Shown here one piece after another: positions 40,730-54,558 of a DNA stretch of 64,000 nt. The first letter of the stretch is position 1. The number at the start of each line of letters is the position of its first letter. The notes beneath the pieces are model-generated. The model had not been told where the DNA came from, did not search any database, and was given only the letters and a program-made list of their open reading frames with translations. A program made the position numbers and the translations under genes. The stretch is from Eledone cirrhosa (Eukaryota): the NCBI GenBank assembly GCA_964016885.1, contig OZ024742.1, positions 96,410,001 to 96,474,000 on the forward strand, in the 5' to 3' direction.

Positions 40730-42780
40730 TAGTTTTTATGTGTTATCATTTGAAGACTAGTAAAGATTTAGATAGTTAAGTTTTCTAAAATTTAGTATAA
40801 TAGAAAGATTGAGAGCATTTAGTTGGGAAAGTAGAAATAATTTTGGATTTTTCTGTTAATAATGTTCAGTTTAGATTTTAAGATATATAAACATTCTGTA
40901 CGACATAAGCTACCTTTTTTCTTCCTGGTTTTTACGAATGGGGTACTATTAATTATTTCCATTTCATTGAGTATTCTATATTGATCTCTTTGGTGTGGCG
41001 GATATGTCTGGCTAATGGTGTTGAGTTTTGGAGTTCTTTTTTTTTTACTGAAACAGTGGCAGTGGATATAGTATCTGGACTTGAAACTATTAGAAGTAGA
41101 CCCTATATATACCTTACTGCTATTACTAGTTGCTATACTGCATTGGTAAATAATGTCTTTAGTTAAGCATTCACAATTCAGAGGGCATGCATCAGAGTTT
41201 CTACAGTTACATTCTTCATTATAGTTAGATATTGTGTCACTATTTGAATTATAATTGTGTACTTTAGTTTGAGTTAGAGGGTTTTGAAAGTTACATATTC
41301 TGTTGTCTCCTATTTCTATATTATTTGCAGTATTAGTTATGGATGATTACATTTTTCTAATTTCCTATTATTACTGGAAAGTAGGTATTTAGCTATATTA
41401 GGGGTGGTAGATATGATATTTTTCTAGTATTTTTATTTTATTAAAGATTGAGTGATAGTGGTGGGTTTGAGGGAAATGTTTCTCTAAGATATTAAAAAAT
41501 AGTTCTTATTAGAAGGATGGCTGAACGATGTAGTGGGTTTTCTGTGGTTTGATTTACGAGTTCTTATTGGTGTATAATTTGATTTAGATTTATTTTGGTT
41601 ATCTTTATGGGCGTTAAGGTTTTTATTAGTACTAGATTTATATTTATAGTTGTATGAAGGTCTATTTTCGATTTTGGTGTTTATTATATCGTTGTTGATG
41701 CAAGGATTTTTCTTTTTTTGTGTATTTTTATTATGTTTGTAGTTATTTATACTTATAAATTGATCTATTTGTTTAGTTTGTGTGTTTTTGCTATTAAATT
41801 CGCTAGGTGAATGTTTGTTCACCCATTTATAATTCCCTGGTGGATTATAATGATTTTTAGTTTTATTAATTTTATTATGGTTCAAGTTAGGTCTATGTAT
41901 TGTCATGTTAGTTGAACTAATATTACGTGTTATATTTATATGGGGGCTTTCAGTATACGTTATTTTATCACGATAAACTGATCTGTTTATTGCTTCATTA
42001 TAATATTGAGCACTCTAGATAAATGTATCTTGGTTAGAGGACAGCTTAGAAATACGGATGGAAATGTTATTGTCTATAGAGTTAAGTATTGATTTAGGAT
42101 GGTTGGAAAGTCTATTAATGTAGAATAAGTGTTCACCTGCTTTATGGAACAGTTTATATAAACCAGATTCTAGGTCTAGAAAGTTCACTATTTTATTATT
42201 GGTATCTATTGTGATTGTTAGGTTGTATTTTTTAAAGAACACATGAAGGCGTTAGTGTGTTAGCTCAATTATTCTCTTATTTCTGTTGATAGTGTAAAGT
42301 GCAGCATCATGATGTAATCTTCCCTTTAAAGACAAGGAAACTGCCCTTAAGTTTATCTAGTAAGAAAATATCGACTAAATCAATGACTTGCGCTGAGTAA
42401 CTTGAACCCATAGTTATCTCGAAATTTTCAGTGTGGATTTCTCAGGTTCAATAGTTACCATCGGATTCTATTATAGTTTTCTAGGTGTTAGTATTATATC
42501 GATTTCGGCTCTGGTTAAATCGCTTGTGCTCTTAGCCATAATTAAGGCCCTGTTCAAAAGATTAGGACATATTAGATGAGTAGTATGTATCTATGTCAAA
42601 TTGCAAGAAGCTTCATTTAATCTTATTTTGGAAGTTGGTATACTGATTTAATACCTCTGTAAATTTAATGTAAGTTTCTGTTTTAGAGTTGGGATTAAAC
42701 TATCTAATATATGTTTGCTGATCCTACTGATGTCAGATGTTGAAGGATTAATTAGTCTGATTGAGGGTTTATCCAGTTTT
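40730..42780 (-). pseudogene. Decayed Naiad-type PLE ORF (RT + GIY-YIG), divergent from the intact copy
   Basis: Fragments KPSIRLINPSTSDI, ITMGSSYSAQ, IVNFLDL..SNHPKSI, CNCRNSDACPLNCECL..IIYQC..VYIGST; multiple frameshifts and stops. Confidence 0.88.
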
Positions 42781-43429
42781 CTTTTCACTCCCGAAGAAGG
42801 AAGGGCTGAAAAAAGTGTATCAAGCTTATCTCTTCTTACCAAAGAAAACAGTGAAGTATTGCACTATAACCATAAATAATGTTATCTGTATATGTATATC
42901 TTTATTGACTTATGTTGCTTTAAGACCACAGTGATGAAGGTAGATTCCTATTATACACTCTCACAAGTAATCTTTTTGCCAATTGTTGAGTCAACATAAT
43001 TTCATCCTTTCAGCAATAGAATTTATATAGAATTTGCTATTATGCTTATTTATAAGTAACCACATGAAGGCAGTACTTATGTAGCACAAGTAGTCATTCA
43101 CATAGGCTCTGCAATACCATACCACTTCTAAAGGATTATATCTCCTGATGAAACCCTATCTGATCCAATTGATTACACAACTGCTGAAAATGTGCCTTAT
43201 GTGCATTTACAGTCAGGTGACAGTCCAGGTAAAATAATTTTCCTTGGGTATTTTTTTATTCTGTACAAAGCTGTTTCTAAATCCAATTAATAGATGCTAC
43301 TCCCATACAATAAATTCATACCATATATCATTGTGAGCTGATTGGGCTATTCAAGATATATTGACTTGTGATACATTTAAGCAATAATGAAGATTTTATG
43401 TCAGTGTATATATATAAATATATATATAT

Positions 43430-44083
43430 ATAAGAGAGTATTGAACTTTGCTTGAAGCATTGTGAAATAATAAGTAAATATCTTTAAGTCGTTTGGAAGC
43501 CTCGACAATGCAAATGGGTAAATCTCCGGGTAACAAGATCCGGTGGTGGAGAGAGAGATGTAAGTGGGTGTACGTTGAGATGCGTGGTGTGTATAAGATG
43601 TGTAAGATGTGTAGAAGAATGAAGGGAAGAGTATAAAGGATAAAATAAAAATAACAACACAAGAGAGAGTTACCTTGGGAGAGATTTAATAGTCCCTATA
43701 TATTTCGGATTCACATCCATCAACTGGGGTTTTTTTCCGGGGTGGGGGGAAAAGGTTGTCTGTCGGACAACAAACAGCGGCGGACGCTTTTCGCACCTGT
43801 CCGACAGACAACCTTTTCCCCCACTCCGGAAAAAAACCTCAGTTGATGGATGTGAATCCGAAATATATAGGGACTATTAAATCTCTCCCAAGGTAACTCT
43901 CTCTTGTGTTGTTATTTTAATTTTATCCTTTATACTCTTCCCTTCATTCTTCTACACATCTTATACACACCACGCATCTCAACGTACACCCACTTACATC
44001 TCTCTCTCCACCACCGGATCTTGTTACCCGGAGATTTACCCATTTGCATTGTTGAGGCTTCCAAACGACTTAAAGATATTTAC
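43430..44083 (-). mobile_element. ORF-less fold-back element with an HHR-like variant motif
   Basis: Inverted arms 43474-43769 and 43798-44083 (~290 bp, one 9-bp indel) around a 28-nt GC-rich loop. Short unique tail on the left. TA runs on both sides. Confidence 0.8.
43837..43872 (+). ncRNA. Hammerhead-like motif with non-canonical core (CAGUUGA)
   Basis: cct-CAGTTGA-t-ggat gtga atcc-GAAA-tata-TA-ggg. The mirror at ~43694-43729(-) has a ccc/ggg stem I. The core differs from CUGANGA at two positions. Confidence 0.45.
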
Positions 44084-44295
44084 ATATATATATTATAAAG
44101 CATATAGGTACAATGATCAAGCTCAAATCATTTTAACTAGTAACATTTTAAAAGATTATTCCTCGTTCCCAAACTATACGTATATATGTATATATATATA
44201 GAGAGAGAAAGAGATATGCATACATAATAGATATGTATGAATACATATATGTATATTTACTTATGTGTATATATACATATTCATCTAACCACACA

Positions 44296-44379
<84 letters not shown>

Positions 44380-45518
44380 GCAGTTATATATAATAAGTTA
44401 TTTTATATAAATTTTCTTCCAACTTAGTTGAATTAACATTTTCAAAATGTCTTTGTTGTTTGTCATAGTTTGAGTTGTTGTACATGTTGTTCTGGTGGTG
44501 GCTGTCGTCGTCATCACAGTCATTGTCCTAGAAGTTGATTGAGAATATATCAGCAAACATTTCATTTGTAATGATCAAAGATCAGTTATTGATTTAACAG
44601 TTATGATTTGTTTTTATTTTTGGATCATATGATCAGAATTTATTACTTTATCAGCAGTGCTTATCTATTTCCACGACAGTTCTCCACCCACCCATCATTC
44701 ATTAAAGATTATCAGCCACCCAACAACACCAACAACAGCAACATCGCTACTATAATACAATACCACCAACAACATCACCACAAATAACATCAACAATACC
44801 ACTAACATAACCTACCACTATTGCAATATTACCTCTACCACACCACCAATACCAACTCCAACAAATATACCAACAACACCACCACCACAATCACCAATTT
44901 GAACATTAACAACGACATCACCGACACCAAAGGTACTAGAACCACCACCAACACCACTACTGACAATACCACCACCAACACTACTGACAATACCACCACC
45001 AACACTACTGACAATACCACCACCTACATCAACAGCAACAACCCTACGCCCACACATCTACATCTACCACCACCATTAATAGCACTACCACTGCTGTATT
45101 CTGAGGTTGAAGTCTAACAACTCTCTATTAAAAGTGATCGACTTTTCCACGTTGATTCTCTTTCTCTGTGTATTTTCGCAGTAAATATTTCTTTATGGTA
45201 GATAAATGTAATAAAATTTGAATATTCAGAATATTGCTGCTACGTGGTCTTTACAATAGAACCAAGATAGAATGGTCAGCATAATGTGTCTGGCAGCTGG
45301 TATAAAACTTTAGAAAAGATTTTAGCCATAAACATTTCTTGTCTTTAATCTTTATTACCAATTATGGGTTAAATGGAAAGAACAGAGAAAGAGAAGAAAG
45401 AAAGCAAGAAAGCAGAAGGAGAGAGTGAGCAAGAGGTTGGGGAGAGGTGTAAAGATAAGTGAAATGAAAGAATTAACCAAAAAAAGTACATTTGTGTGTG
45501 TATATAAATACACACACG

Positions 45519-45646
<128 letters not shown>

Positions 45647-45684
45647 CATACATATATATATATCGTATTTATGTATGTACACAC

Positions 45685-45733
<49 letters not shown>

Positions 45734-46493
45734 AATATGTATATATATATATATAAATATGTATATATATATGTGTGTAAATACATACATATATATATAT
45801 ATATAAATATATATAAATATTCTATATATATATTCTATATAATAACACAAACTCCCATACACTCGCATTATTATGTATATATATGTATATATATTACATA
45901 TATATATAAATATAAAATTATATACCCACATATGTCTGTATGCATCTATATATGTATCTATGTGAGTGTGTTCGTTTGAATGTATAAATGTTAAGCATAT
46001 ATTTCTGTTTGTATTTAAATTTATTTAAAAGAAAATTTGTTATACAAAACCTTAACATAGAAATTTTGTCTCAATCTCTCTCTCACTCTCGCTTTTATTT
46101 CTTTATAATAAAAAGAAATAATTGTAATAATCAATACAAACGCAACATCAGCAAAAACAACGACAACCATAACAAACACAACATCCATAACAACCAGAAG
46201 GAGATCTATAACAACATTTTCTTTGCAAATATGTTTTAGAACATAAATTTCTTTTCCATAATACTAAAAATTTGTAATTAAAAAAACAAATTCTTTGATA
46301 TATACATACATATATATATACACACACACACACACACGCACACACACACACACACAAATATATATATATATATATAAAAGAATATGAGTATATTTGTGTA
46401 TGTGTGTGTTCTATTTTCAGTTTTCTTTTACCCAAAATCTGTTGCAAGTTTTGAAGGTATTTTTTACTCTCTCTCTTTATTTTCTATGCTTGC

Positions 46494-46584
<91 letters not shown>

Positions 46585-46587
<3 letters not shown>

Positions 46588-46929
46588 TCATTCATAATCA
46601 TTTAATTTTACGTCCGCTTTTTCCCTGCTTACAAGGGTGGGATGGGAACTGATTCTGGCTTGATTTCTACAGCTGGATGCCCTTCCTAACACCAACCTCA
46701 TTTACAGTGAGTGCTGGGTGCTTTTTTGCCGTGACATCTCCACGACCACTTTGCAGTGGAATGATATAGACCCCAGTCCCTATCATCTCATTTCTACAGC
46801 TGAGTAAACTGGAGCAATGTGAAATAAAGTGTCTTGCTCAAGGAAACAACACATCACCCAGTCTGAGAATTGAACTCACAACCTTTCGATTGAAAGGCCA
46901 ATGCTCTAACCACTAAGCCATGTGCCTCC
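46585..46929 (-). mobile_element. SINE family B copy
   Basis: Full-length reverse-complement copy between TA runs; followed by a solo plus-strand tail at 46944-47011. Confidence 0.88.
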
Positions 46930-46979
46930 ATATATATATATATGTCCCACCCTTGCAAGCAGGGAAATGCGGACGTAAA

Positions 46980-47011
<32 letters not shown>

Positions 47012-48944
47012 ATATAAATATCAGAATGGAAATAGCTGTTGAATCAGCAGGAGCTCAGTATTTGGGGTCCTGAAGCCTTCATATATATATATATATATTT
47101 ATTTATTCATTAAGACCAAGCTCTGTGGTTTTTCCTATATATCCAGAGGGTCATGAAACAAAATTCTTTTAGTCACCCTATGAGTAAACAGGAGAAACTC
47201 CAGCATAACATGACTCAAACTTGGCATCAGTAAAGAATTTATTAATTCATTAATCACTGCTGTGGTATTGAGTACTCCTTCTCACAACTGTCTTTATTAA
47301 GCATATATTTTCCTCCCCAAAACCATTAACTTTGAGGTAGCTACTGAAGATGAGAATTTTTCTTTGTTATTGTGCTTGTCAAGTTCCCCAGGTTTTTGCT
47401 CATATGTCTACTATCCCATTTGTCTTTAGTTACGAAACAGTACTCTGAAATATCTCTGACTTTTGGTTTACTATATATATGTATATATAATAAACCAAAA
47501 GTCAGAGATATAGGTGTGTTTGTGTTAGGTAAGTGTGCAACTAGAGTAACATATCTTTTTTTTTTTATATTTTCTGATATATTTGAGTATGTTTTCATAT
47601 AAATATCATATATTTAGGTATTCATACATTCTTTAATTTTCAACATATTGTAATGGATTGGCTATTTTTTCAAATCATTATCATCATGATTATGGTTTTA
47701 CATCTAATTTCTATTGTTGCATATATTAGACAGCTTGTTGCATTCTGAGGCTTGACCATCTAAACCCATCTTTCTCATACATTCCATTTTGGGCTTGGTT
47801 TCTATGGCTGGATGCCTTTCTTAAAGCCATTCTTTATAGTATCTTTGCTATCAGATAGACAATTGTGAAAATTTACAGTATTAGAGAAAAGACTATTTTT
47901 TTAATGTACTTGTTTGTACTTTCCAAGATTATCTAGCTAATAGTTTCATGAGGTACAAGACATTAAGAATTAACAACAAACAAAAATGTTTTACACAGCC
48001 AAATACCACACTCTCATAAGTTTTATAAATGAATATTACAGATTATTTTGTCCATGTCTTCTTTGTTTGCTTCTTTCTGGCTCATTTTTATTGATATATA
48101 TACATATATGTGAAGGTAGATAAGGTTTTGCTTATGTATATCAAGAATGAAAGCTTAAACAAGATAACTGCTTACCAGAGAATTTGACTTTATGGTATCC
48201 TTTGACTCGTATAGCATAAATATCCAAGCAGGGAAATATGGTATATAGGTTCAGAAGAGATTACAGAGTATATAATATAAGCAAGTATTTCACCAAGAAA
48301 AATATAGACTTTGGCAAGAAAGGAGATAGGAATTTATTGGCTTTAACATATGTTTCTGTGTCTATTATAATAGTCTACATATGCTGACTACAATATATAT
48401 TGTTCAATCATATGCTATACATAACTATTTATAACAAGGCTTCAGAAAGTTTACAATTGTTTGAGGTAGTGTCCTCCAGTATGCCTTAGAATTCAGGAAT
48501 GAGATATTCAATATAAAATTGGTATTTACGTTTAATAAAATGAAATAGAATAAAATAAAATACAGTAAGTTAGTGTGATAAGTAGAGAAAGTTAGGAAGA
48601 GAGGGGATGGGGGTAAAGAGTTTCACATTATCATTCTGTGTGCTGTAATGTGGTACAATTTTTCTTTTGATCATTGGTATGAGTGAAGGTTTCAGTGTTT
48701 GCCATGTATGGTCAGGAGGTCAGAGCGGGTAGAAAGAGAGGGATAGAAAAGGAAAGGGTGAAAGTTAAGAATATGATAAAATGGAGAAGGAGGAGAAGGA
48801 ATTAAGAATGTTTTGAAGACTATTGAATTCTTTGGGTGCAGTGTGAAAAGTTCAAATGCTACAATTAAATGTACTAAATAGGATGTAGTAAATTATAAGT
48901 TTTAAAGATTGAATCTAATTCTAGTCCAGTTTGTATTTAGCGAA

Positions 48945-49560
48945 GGTTTTTAGAACCTTATGCTTGCAATTAGCTACCCTATCATGCCAGGAATTTAGGT
49001 CCTTTCCAGTTGCTATTTCAATCACCTCCACCAGACACAATTAAGAGGGGCATCTTTCATTCTGGTATGGACAGGCAAATTTCAACAAAGCCCATTGCAG
49101 TGTGTATTCAATATTGGCGCGCTTCAGGTCCCAGAAGTTTTTCACTAGGGCCATAGATCTAGCTAAACTGGGGTTTCAAAATGTGTGGATGTACACCTAC
49201 CATCTCATCTTGAAAAGTTTTGAAGTGGCATCCACATATTTAGGTATTCCGAGTGTTTATTTGACCACACATTGGTAAACAATGTTTTTGTACATAACAA
49301 ATTTTAACAGACTGGTGCAACCACCAAAGAGAGAGATATTCAAACAGTACACTGGCATGACTCACGACATAATCAGCTGAAAGACAAAACATCAAACTCC
49401 CATACATGAATATTTTGTATGCGTGGTTTCTCATCTCACCTATGAGAGATGCAAAGATGGATGGTATCACACTATAGACATAATCGGATTTGAAATCATG
49501 ACTCCAACTCATCAAAGGACATAACACATGCCTTGGGTATATCACACTTTCACTTCTAAC
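48945..49560 (-). pseudogene. Old Naiad-type PLE GIY-YIG remnant
   Basis: Hand translation of the minus strand gives NIVYQCVVK, FKMRW, SMALVKNFWDLKRANIEYTLQWALLKFACPYQNERC and CLVEVIEIATGKDLNSWHDRVANCKHKVLKT. This is colinear with the C-terminus of the 694-aa ORF. Confidence 0.72.
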
Positions 49561-50065
49561 AGTATCTTACCTCCATCTTCTCATGATAGATTTAAATCTC
49601 ACCAGACTTGAAGTTAATTTGGAAGTGACTGAGCATGTCAGACATACATGTACACTAAACATAATTTTCAGTGACATTCAGCATAACAAATTGTCTGACA
49701 CTTTACTTTTTGAACTACAGGTACAATGAATCTGCTTGGCATGTAGACAGTTTCTATCTACTCAATGTACCTCATAATGCTTGGGTCAGACAGGAGCTGT
49801 AGTAAATGAGACTTTCCTCAAATGTCACATAGTTGGTTTGAACCTGAGACCTTTTGATTGTGAAGTAAATTTCTTAACCATTTAAACATAATACTTCCAC
49901 AGTATCTATATCATAATAATCATACAGCCTCCGTGTTTGTCTGTCACATACAAATGCTGGAAACACTCAAAATTTGTTTTCAATATATTATTTAGAATTC
50001 ATTGAAGAAAATTATGAAACAAAATTATAAAACATTCTCTGCGAAAAGTATTCTCTCTCTCTCTC

Positions 50066-50133
<68 letters not shown>

Positions 50134-51299
50134 TTAGTTAAGCAAAACAAGACCACAAATTTCACAAGGAAGACATTATTAAAAGATTGTCCACATATTT
50201 TAGTTTGATGTAAGAGAATAATAATAATGTAGAGAATAATAATAATAATATTAATAATAATAATGTCCGTTTACAATTGTTTCGCTACTCCATATAATAT
50301 TTCTGGATCAAATGACTCTATATCATTATTGATCTGGTTCAGTTGAAAATAATTAACATATTTAAAGACAGAGCGGCTCATTGGAACTTCAAAGGAATAT
50401 AAATTAAAATAAGGAAAGAATGTTACATAGTGTAATGTTCCATATATTGGTATTTCACTATGGTGTCCTGGGTGTATCAATTGTCTACCATAATCAAGCA
50501 GTATTCATCTGTCGAGGCTGCATTGTGTGAGATCTGCCTATGGGTAACCATAAGCAGATCTCACATACTCATACTTATATCTATACAGCTATGTTAGAAC
50601 AAACATCTGAGAGCTCTATGTGCAATAAATATAAATATATATGTAGCAAATTTCATATGGAAAAATTAACACTTGGGATGAATGAACAAAACACTCTATC
50701 TATCTTCCTTGTTGACCATTGCCTGGGCAATGAATATGTGTGGGATTGCATCATTCTCTGCACAGATTGTATGTACAACCAAACAGTCCTTAAAAATAGA
50801 TTTGTGATAGTTTGGTGCCATACATTTTTATATATTAGTTAAAAAGAAAATAATGAAAAAATGTCTAGGTAGCTGATTGATGTACATGTATCGTCAATGA
50901 GATGTGAAACCTTGATCCATTCACCTGGCTATAGAAATGACACACTGCTATCTACTCAGCTACAATAGTGTTATGTGCCTCACTGGACATATATGTAAAC
51001 AAAGTGAGAAAACAACAACATATATCAGACTATTTGAGAACAAAGATAGAAGACAGACTTTTTACAATGTGTTTACTTATAATATCATATTCACAACTGA
51101 TTTGATTCCCATATATTTTATTACACTTCAAATTTCAATTTAGTTTCTGAATTATATCTTAAAAACAAACGTTTGAAGTGAATTATTTATATATATATAT
51201 ATATGACATTATTTGTATCTGTGTATTCGTGTGTTACTGTTTGTAGTATGTGCATGCATTTGTGAGTCCATATGTATCTATTTGTTTCATTATGTGTGT

Positions 51300-51348
<49 letters not shown>

Positions 51349-51412
51349 TATACATATATACATATATATATATACGTACATACATATATATATATACACA
51401 TATATACACTTA

Positions 51413-51450
<38 letters not shown>

Positions 51451-51458
51451 TATACATA

Positions 51459-51490
<32 letters not shown>

Positions 51491-51506
51491 CACATATATA
51501 CACATA

Positions 51507-51562
<56 letters not shown>

Positions 51563-51624
51563 TATACATATATACATATATATATACGTACATACATATA
51601 TATATATACACATACATACACATA

Positions 51625-51667
<43 letters not shown>

Positions 51668-51895
51668 CTGTTTATCTCTACTCACTTATACCCATTTGTA
51701 ATCGGTGTGTTTACTTATGGGATAACGTATGTGTATACATACATACATACATGTATGCACACACAGACACACACACACATGCATGCACACATACATATAT
51801 ATATGTGCATGCTTTTATTTCGTTTATTGAAATTTGTATATAGGTATTGAATTTGTCTTACTGTGAAAGTAAATATGTATCTATGTGTATATGTT

Positions 51896-51973
<78 letters not shown>

Positions 51974-51984
51974 CATATATGTAC

Positions 51985-52029
<45 letters not shown>

Positions 52030-52036
52030 TGTACAT

Positions 52037-52067
<31 letters not shown>

Positions 52068-52168
52068 TGTACATATATAAATATATATATATATATGTAC
52101 ATATATATATATATATACATATATGTACATATATAAATATATATATATATACATATACATATATGTAC

Positions 52169-52199
<31 letters not shown>

Positions 52200-52275
52200 C
52201 ATACATGTACATATATAAATATATATATAATATATGTATATATATATATATAGACAGATAAAATATTTACACACT

Positions 52276-52306
<31 letters not shown>

Positions 52307-52345
52307 AGATAAAATATTTACATATATATATATATATATATGCAT
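51300..52345. repeat. Compound (TA)n/(TACA) microsatellite field
   Basis: Directly visible. Similar fields at 125-345, 11480-11780, 26045-26580, 45500-45910, 56440-56580 and 60760-60900. Confidence 0.95.
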
Positions 52346-53446
52346 GAATGCACTAAAACAAATATGAATATATTTCATAAACATATGTATTTTGATGTAT
52401 GTATGCATATCATTCATATATTACTATATATACATATATTTATATGTATGTAACTTGGTAGATTGTTTTAGATGCCGTAGATGCTGTTCAACTACGAAAG
52501 TTTATGTAATAGACATTACTTTTTCCTATTTATTTTATAGTTTCATATTATCATCATTTATCTAAGCAATTGAACTACCAACACACTACATAATGCCATC
52601 AGTGGGCCACACTGACACAAATATGTGTGTTTTTTGTTGTGAATATATATGAGTAGATTTGTTTGTGTATATGTGTATTTATATATTTGCTTGTATGTTT
52701 GTGCTTGCTTGCGTTTGTGTGTTTGTGTGACTATGTGTTTATGTGTTAGTGTATATATGTATGTGTATGTTTGTGTGTGTGAATGTATTGTGTACAAGGA
52801 GGGTACAACTATTCCACATGAACTAGTCTTCTATCAGTTTAAAATGTGATTCTGGTTGATCAATATCTATGTTTGTATCCATTTATTTATATTAAATTAT
52901 TATTACAATTGTTTTTTGTTTTATTTTGTATATTTCTTACTTCTGTTGACAAAGTCAGCCAAGTGACAAAAATGTTTAAGCACTGGACCAAATCACCTCA
53001 TAACTTTTCACTTTTCTAGCTCAACAATATGGTTTCATTTCTTGCCCGGCTCAATATGGTCTTCTGTCTTCATCTCAAATAACATCATTTTTATCTCCAT
53101 ATTTCAATGCTAGCATGGATTGGAGGTGACATTTCTAGGGCAGTTTTCTGCAGCCAGATGGCTTCCTGATGAAACAATATTCCTAAATCTGGTGCATGTT
53201 ACACTGAACTTTGTCAAATTGGTAAGTGTAGAGATAAGTGGAGAGCACCTTTTGTTTAAAAGATGCCATGAAGACATACAAAGGAATAGGCACTCTCATG
53301 CACATGCAGGCACACCCACACAAATACATACATATATATTTATATATATATATATATATGTAAAAGGTAAACAGAAATAACAACACAATCGGTACAGTAT
53401 ATGGAAGGTATATATTAGGTTAACACTTGATATAGCAGGAAGAGGG

Positions 53447-53482
53447 TCTTAACGTTTCAGACGCTAGTCTTTCATCAGAAGA
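53447..53482 (-). ncRNA. Minimal type I hammerhead ribozyme in a solo pLTR-like fragment
   Basis: Minus strand reads tctt-CTGATGA-a-agac tagc gtct-GAAA-cg-TT-aaga. The host segment ~53360-53647 is bounded by (TA)n on both sides. Confidence 0.82.
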
Positions 53483-53813
53483 AAGAATGAGAAATAAAAT
53501 AGATTGAAGAGACGGGCAGGTTGGAATTGGAAAAATGTCTTTAGATAAAAATAACAGGTCCATTCATGTTGACATCTCTTGCAAAACTGTTGGTGCTGGC
53601 GTTTTGTGTATGATTTGTTTTTTAGAAAAGTGGATGATAGCAGGCATCTATATATATATATATAAATTTTGAGTATATGTTGGTTGTATACAACACCTCA
53701 GTATGCAGATTGGAGCACTCGGCGAAGTGCGCAGGTTGGTTTGGTTACTCCGGAGTAATGTAAAATAAAATAAAATAAATAAGTCAAATGTATAAAATTT
53801 AGCTTCGTTTATT

Positions 53814-53868
53814 ACTGCTATATATATTTCAGTGACAGCCATCTTTGTCTGTGAACTCTTCAGGCAGT
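53814..53868 (-). ncRNA. Minimal type I hammerhead ribozyme (mirror copy, stem II more decayed)
   Basis: Minus strand reads actgc-CTGAAGA-gttcacag...ctgtcact-GAAA-tatata-TA-gcagt. Confidence 0.78.
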
Positions 53869-54098
53869 CCGAATTAGTGTGGTATAGGCAAGTACATATG
53901 TTGTTGAGGTGTATAACTTTGTCAATACTCTGATTTGCCCAGTTCCTGGTTGGGTTGTTATTTCACTGAGGAACTGGAAACATATGATTCCAGTTCCTCA
54001 GTGAAATAACAACCCAACCAGGAACTGGGCAAATCAGAGTATTGACAAAGTTATACACCTCAACAACATATGTATTTGCCTATACCACACTAATTCGG

Positions 54099-54153
54099 AC
54101 TGCCTGAAGAGGTCACAGCCAAAGATGACTGTCACCGAAATATATATAGCAGT
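54099..54153 (+). ncRNA. Minimal type I hammerhead ribozyme
   Basis: actgc-CTGAAGA-[ggtcacag...ctgtcacc]-GAAA-tatata-TA-gcagt. Confidence 0.87.
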
Positions 54154-54212
54154 AATAAACGAAGCTAAATTTTAAACATTTGACTTATTTATTTTATTTT
54201 ATTTTATATGAA

Positions 54213-54558
54213 GGAGGCACATGGCTTAGTGGTTAGAGCATTGACCTTGCAATCGAAAGGTTGTGAGTTCAATTCTCAGACCGGGTGATGTGTTGTTTCC
54301 TTGAGCAAGACACTTTATTTCACATTGCTCCAGTTTACTCAGCTGTAGAAATGAGATGATTAGGACTGGGGTCCCTATCATTCCACTGCAAAGTGGTCGT
54401 GGAGGTGCCACGGCAAAAAAGCACCCAGCATTCACTGTAAATGAGGTTGGTGTTAGGAAGGGCATCCAGCTGTAGAAATCAAGCCAGCATCAGTTCCCGT
54501 CCCACCCTTGCAAGCAGGGAAAAGCGGACGTAAAATGAAATGATGATGATGATGATGA
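54213..54558 (+). mobile_element. tRNA-derived SINE family B, full length (CORE-like centre, RTE-like tail, (ATG)n end)
   Basis: A box TGGCTTAGTGG, B box GAGTTCAATTC, centre ccttgagcaagacactt, tail gcggacgtaaaatga(tga)n. Near-identical copies occur elsewhere in the window. Confidence 0.88.

Larger units (their letters stand above)
53664..54206 (-). mobile_element. ORF-less fold-back element with HHRs
   Basis: Palindrome 53761-54206 centred on catatg (53981-86), ~220-bp arms with a few mismatches. A unique ~100-bp tail on the left ends in (TA)n. The right end abuts a SINE. Confidence 0.85.

Noticed and set aside
43140-43260. ctgatga-aaccc...gggt as a hammerhead
   Set aside because: No properly placed GAAA, stem III or stem I partner.
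44821-45117. Thr/Asn-rich mucin-like ORF (also 2445-2704)
   Set aside because: Degenerate trinucleotide repeats with short tandem duplications; no splice or domain support.
47335-47465. ctgaaga...gaaa as another long-stem hammerhead
   Set aside because: Stem I and stem II pairing too weak to support.
54213-54285. tRNA gene
   Set aside because: The A/B boxes belong to a SINE head that continues into the SINE body in several copies.
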